A DNA stretch of 63,447 bases, filler included, from Octopus bimaculoides (Eukaryota), in the NCBI RefSeq assembly GCF_001194135.2. It is 3 parts of 3 records of this genome, joined end to end, with 100 filler letters (N's around TTAATTAATTAA, not from the genome) between each part and the next. Parts side by side here need not be neighbours in the genome. Positions count along the whole stretch, not along the records: positions 51,785 to 63,447 come from NC_068998.1; 2 more parts are not named here. One strand, given 5' to 3'. Each line of letters opens with the position of its first letter. Within the stretch, counting starts at the first letter, position 1. Under the pieces are notes generated by a model that saw only the letters and a list, made by a program, of their open reading frames with translations, was not told the DNA's origin and searched no databases. Of the stretch, positions 62,832-63,447 are shown piece after piece. The translations under genes and the position numbers were made by a program.

Positions 62832-63447
62832 GGCAGAGGCCTTGGATTTAGGTCTCACTTGGCTTACCGGGTCTTCTCACGAAAAGCACGTTTCCAAAGG
62901 TCTCAGTCAGAAGTCATCACCTTGGTGAGGCCCAATGTTCGAGGGTCTTGCCTCACCACCTCAGCCCAGGTCTTCCTGGGCCTACCTCTTCCACGGGTTC
63001 CCTCAACTGTTAGGGTGTGGCACTTTTTCACGCAGCTATCCTCGTCCATTCTCACCACATGTCCATACCAACGCAATTGCCTCTCTTGCACACCACAATT
63101 GATGTTTCTTATGTTCAGCTTTTCTCTCAGGATACTTACACTCTCTCGGGTATGCACACTGACATTACACATCCAGCGGAGCATACTGGTTTCATTCCTT
63201 GCGAGCTTAGGCATTTCCTCAACAGTCACAGCCCATGTTTCACTGCCATGTAGCATGGCTGTTCGTACACATGCGTCATACAGTCTGCCTTTTACTCTGA
63301 GTGAATGTCCCTTTGTCGCCAGCAGAGGTAAGAACTCTCTGAACTTTGCCCAGGCTATTCTTATTCTAGCAGCTACACTTTCAGCGCACCCACCCCCACT
63401 ACTAACTTGGTCACCCATATAGCGGAAGCTATCAACTACCTCTAGTT
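62832..63447 (-). mobile_element. RTE-clade LINE 3' portion, tail-to-tail with the previous copy
   Basis: ORF 62903-63418 (GDQVSSGGGCAESVAARIRIAWAKFRE...GRPRKTW) is homologous to 61794-62410 but diverged from it. Confidence 0.92.

Overview
This is AT-rich, microsatellite- and transposon-dense animal genomic DNA. The repeat families point to a coleoid cephalopod, probably Octopus (inference, not confirmed). Two host genes lie on the + strand. (1) The last five coding exons of UDP-glucose 6-dehydrogenase (UGDH; 1832-1962, 13801-13896, 17399-17439, 25037-25128, 27450-27623) splice in frame. (2) An 803-aa zinc-finger protein with a single coding exon (45243-47654) has six fingers, an N-terminal array of about 20 Q-hydrophobic-D-F motifs interleaved with SUMO consensus sites, polyQ/polyP/polyH tracts and two upstream ORFs. 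The rest is layered mobile DNA: RTE LINEs, R4/Dong-like RLE LINEs bordered by (TAA)n, a CR1-group LINE, Penelope-like GIY-YIG remnants, mariners, MITEs with exact target-site duplications, a solo LTR and several SINE families. Most interesting: a complete C4HC3 PHD finger inside the reverse transcriptase of the RTE LINEs (two full copies plus a local inverted copy), a minimal hammerhead-ribozyme motif in a short repeat, the repeat module and uORF layout of the zinc-finger gene, and a candidate poison exon in UGDH. The window has many N gaps, including two artificial 100-nt spacers, so long-range linkage is not guaranteed. Coordinates and counts were read by hand, and no database search was run.
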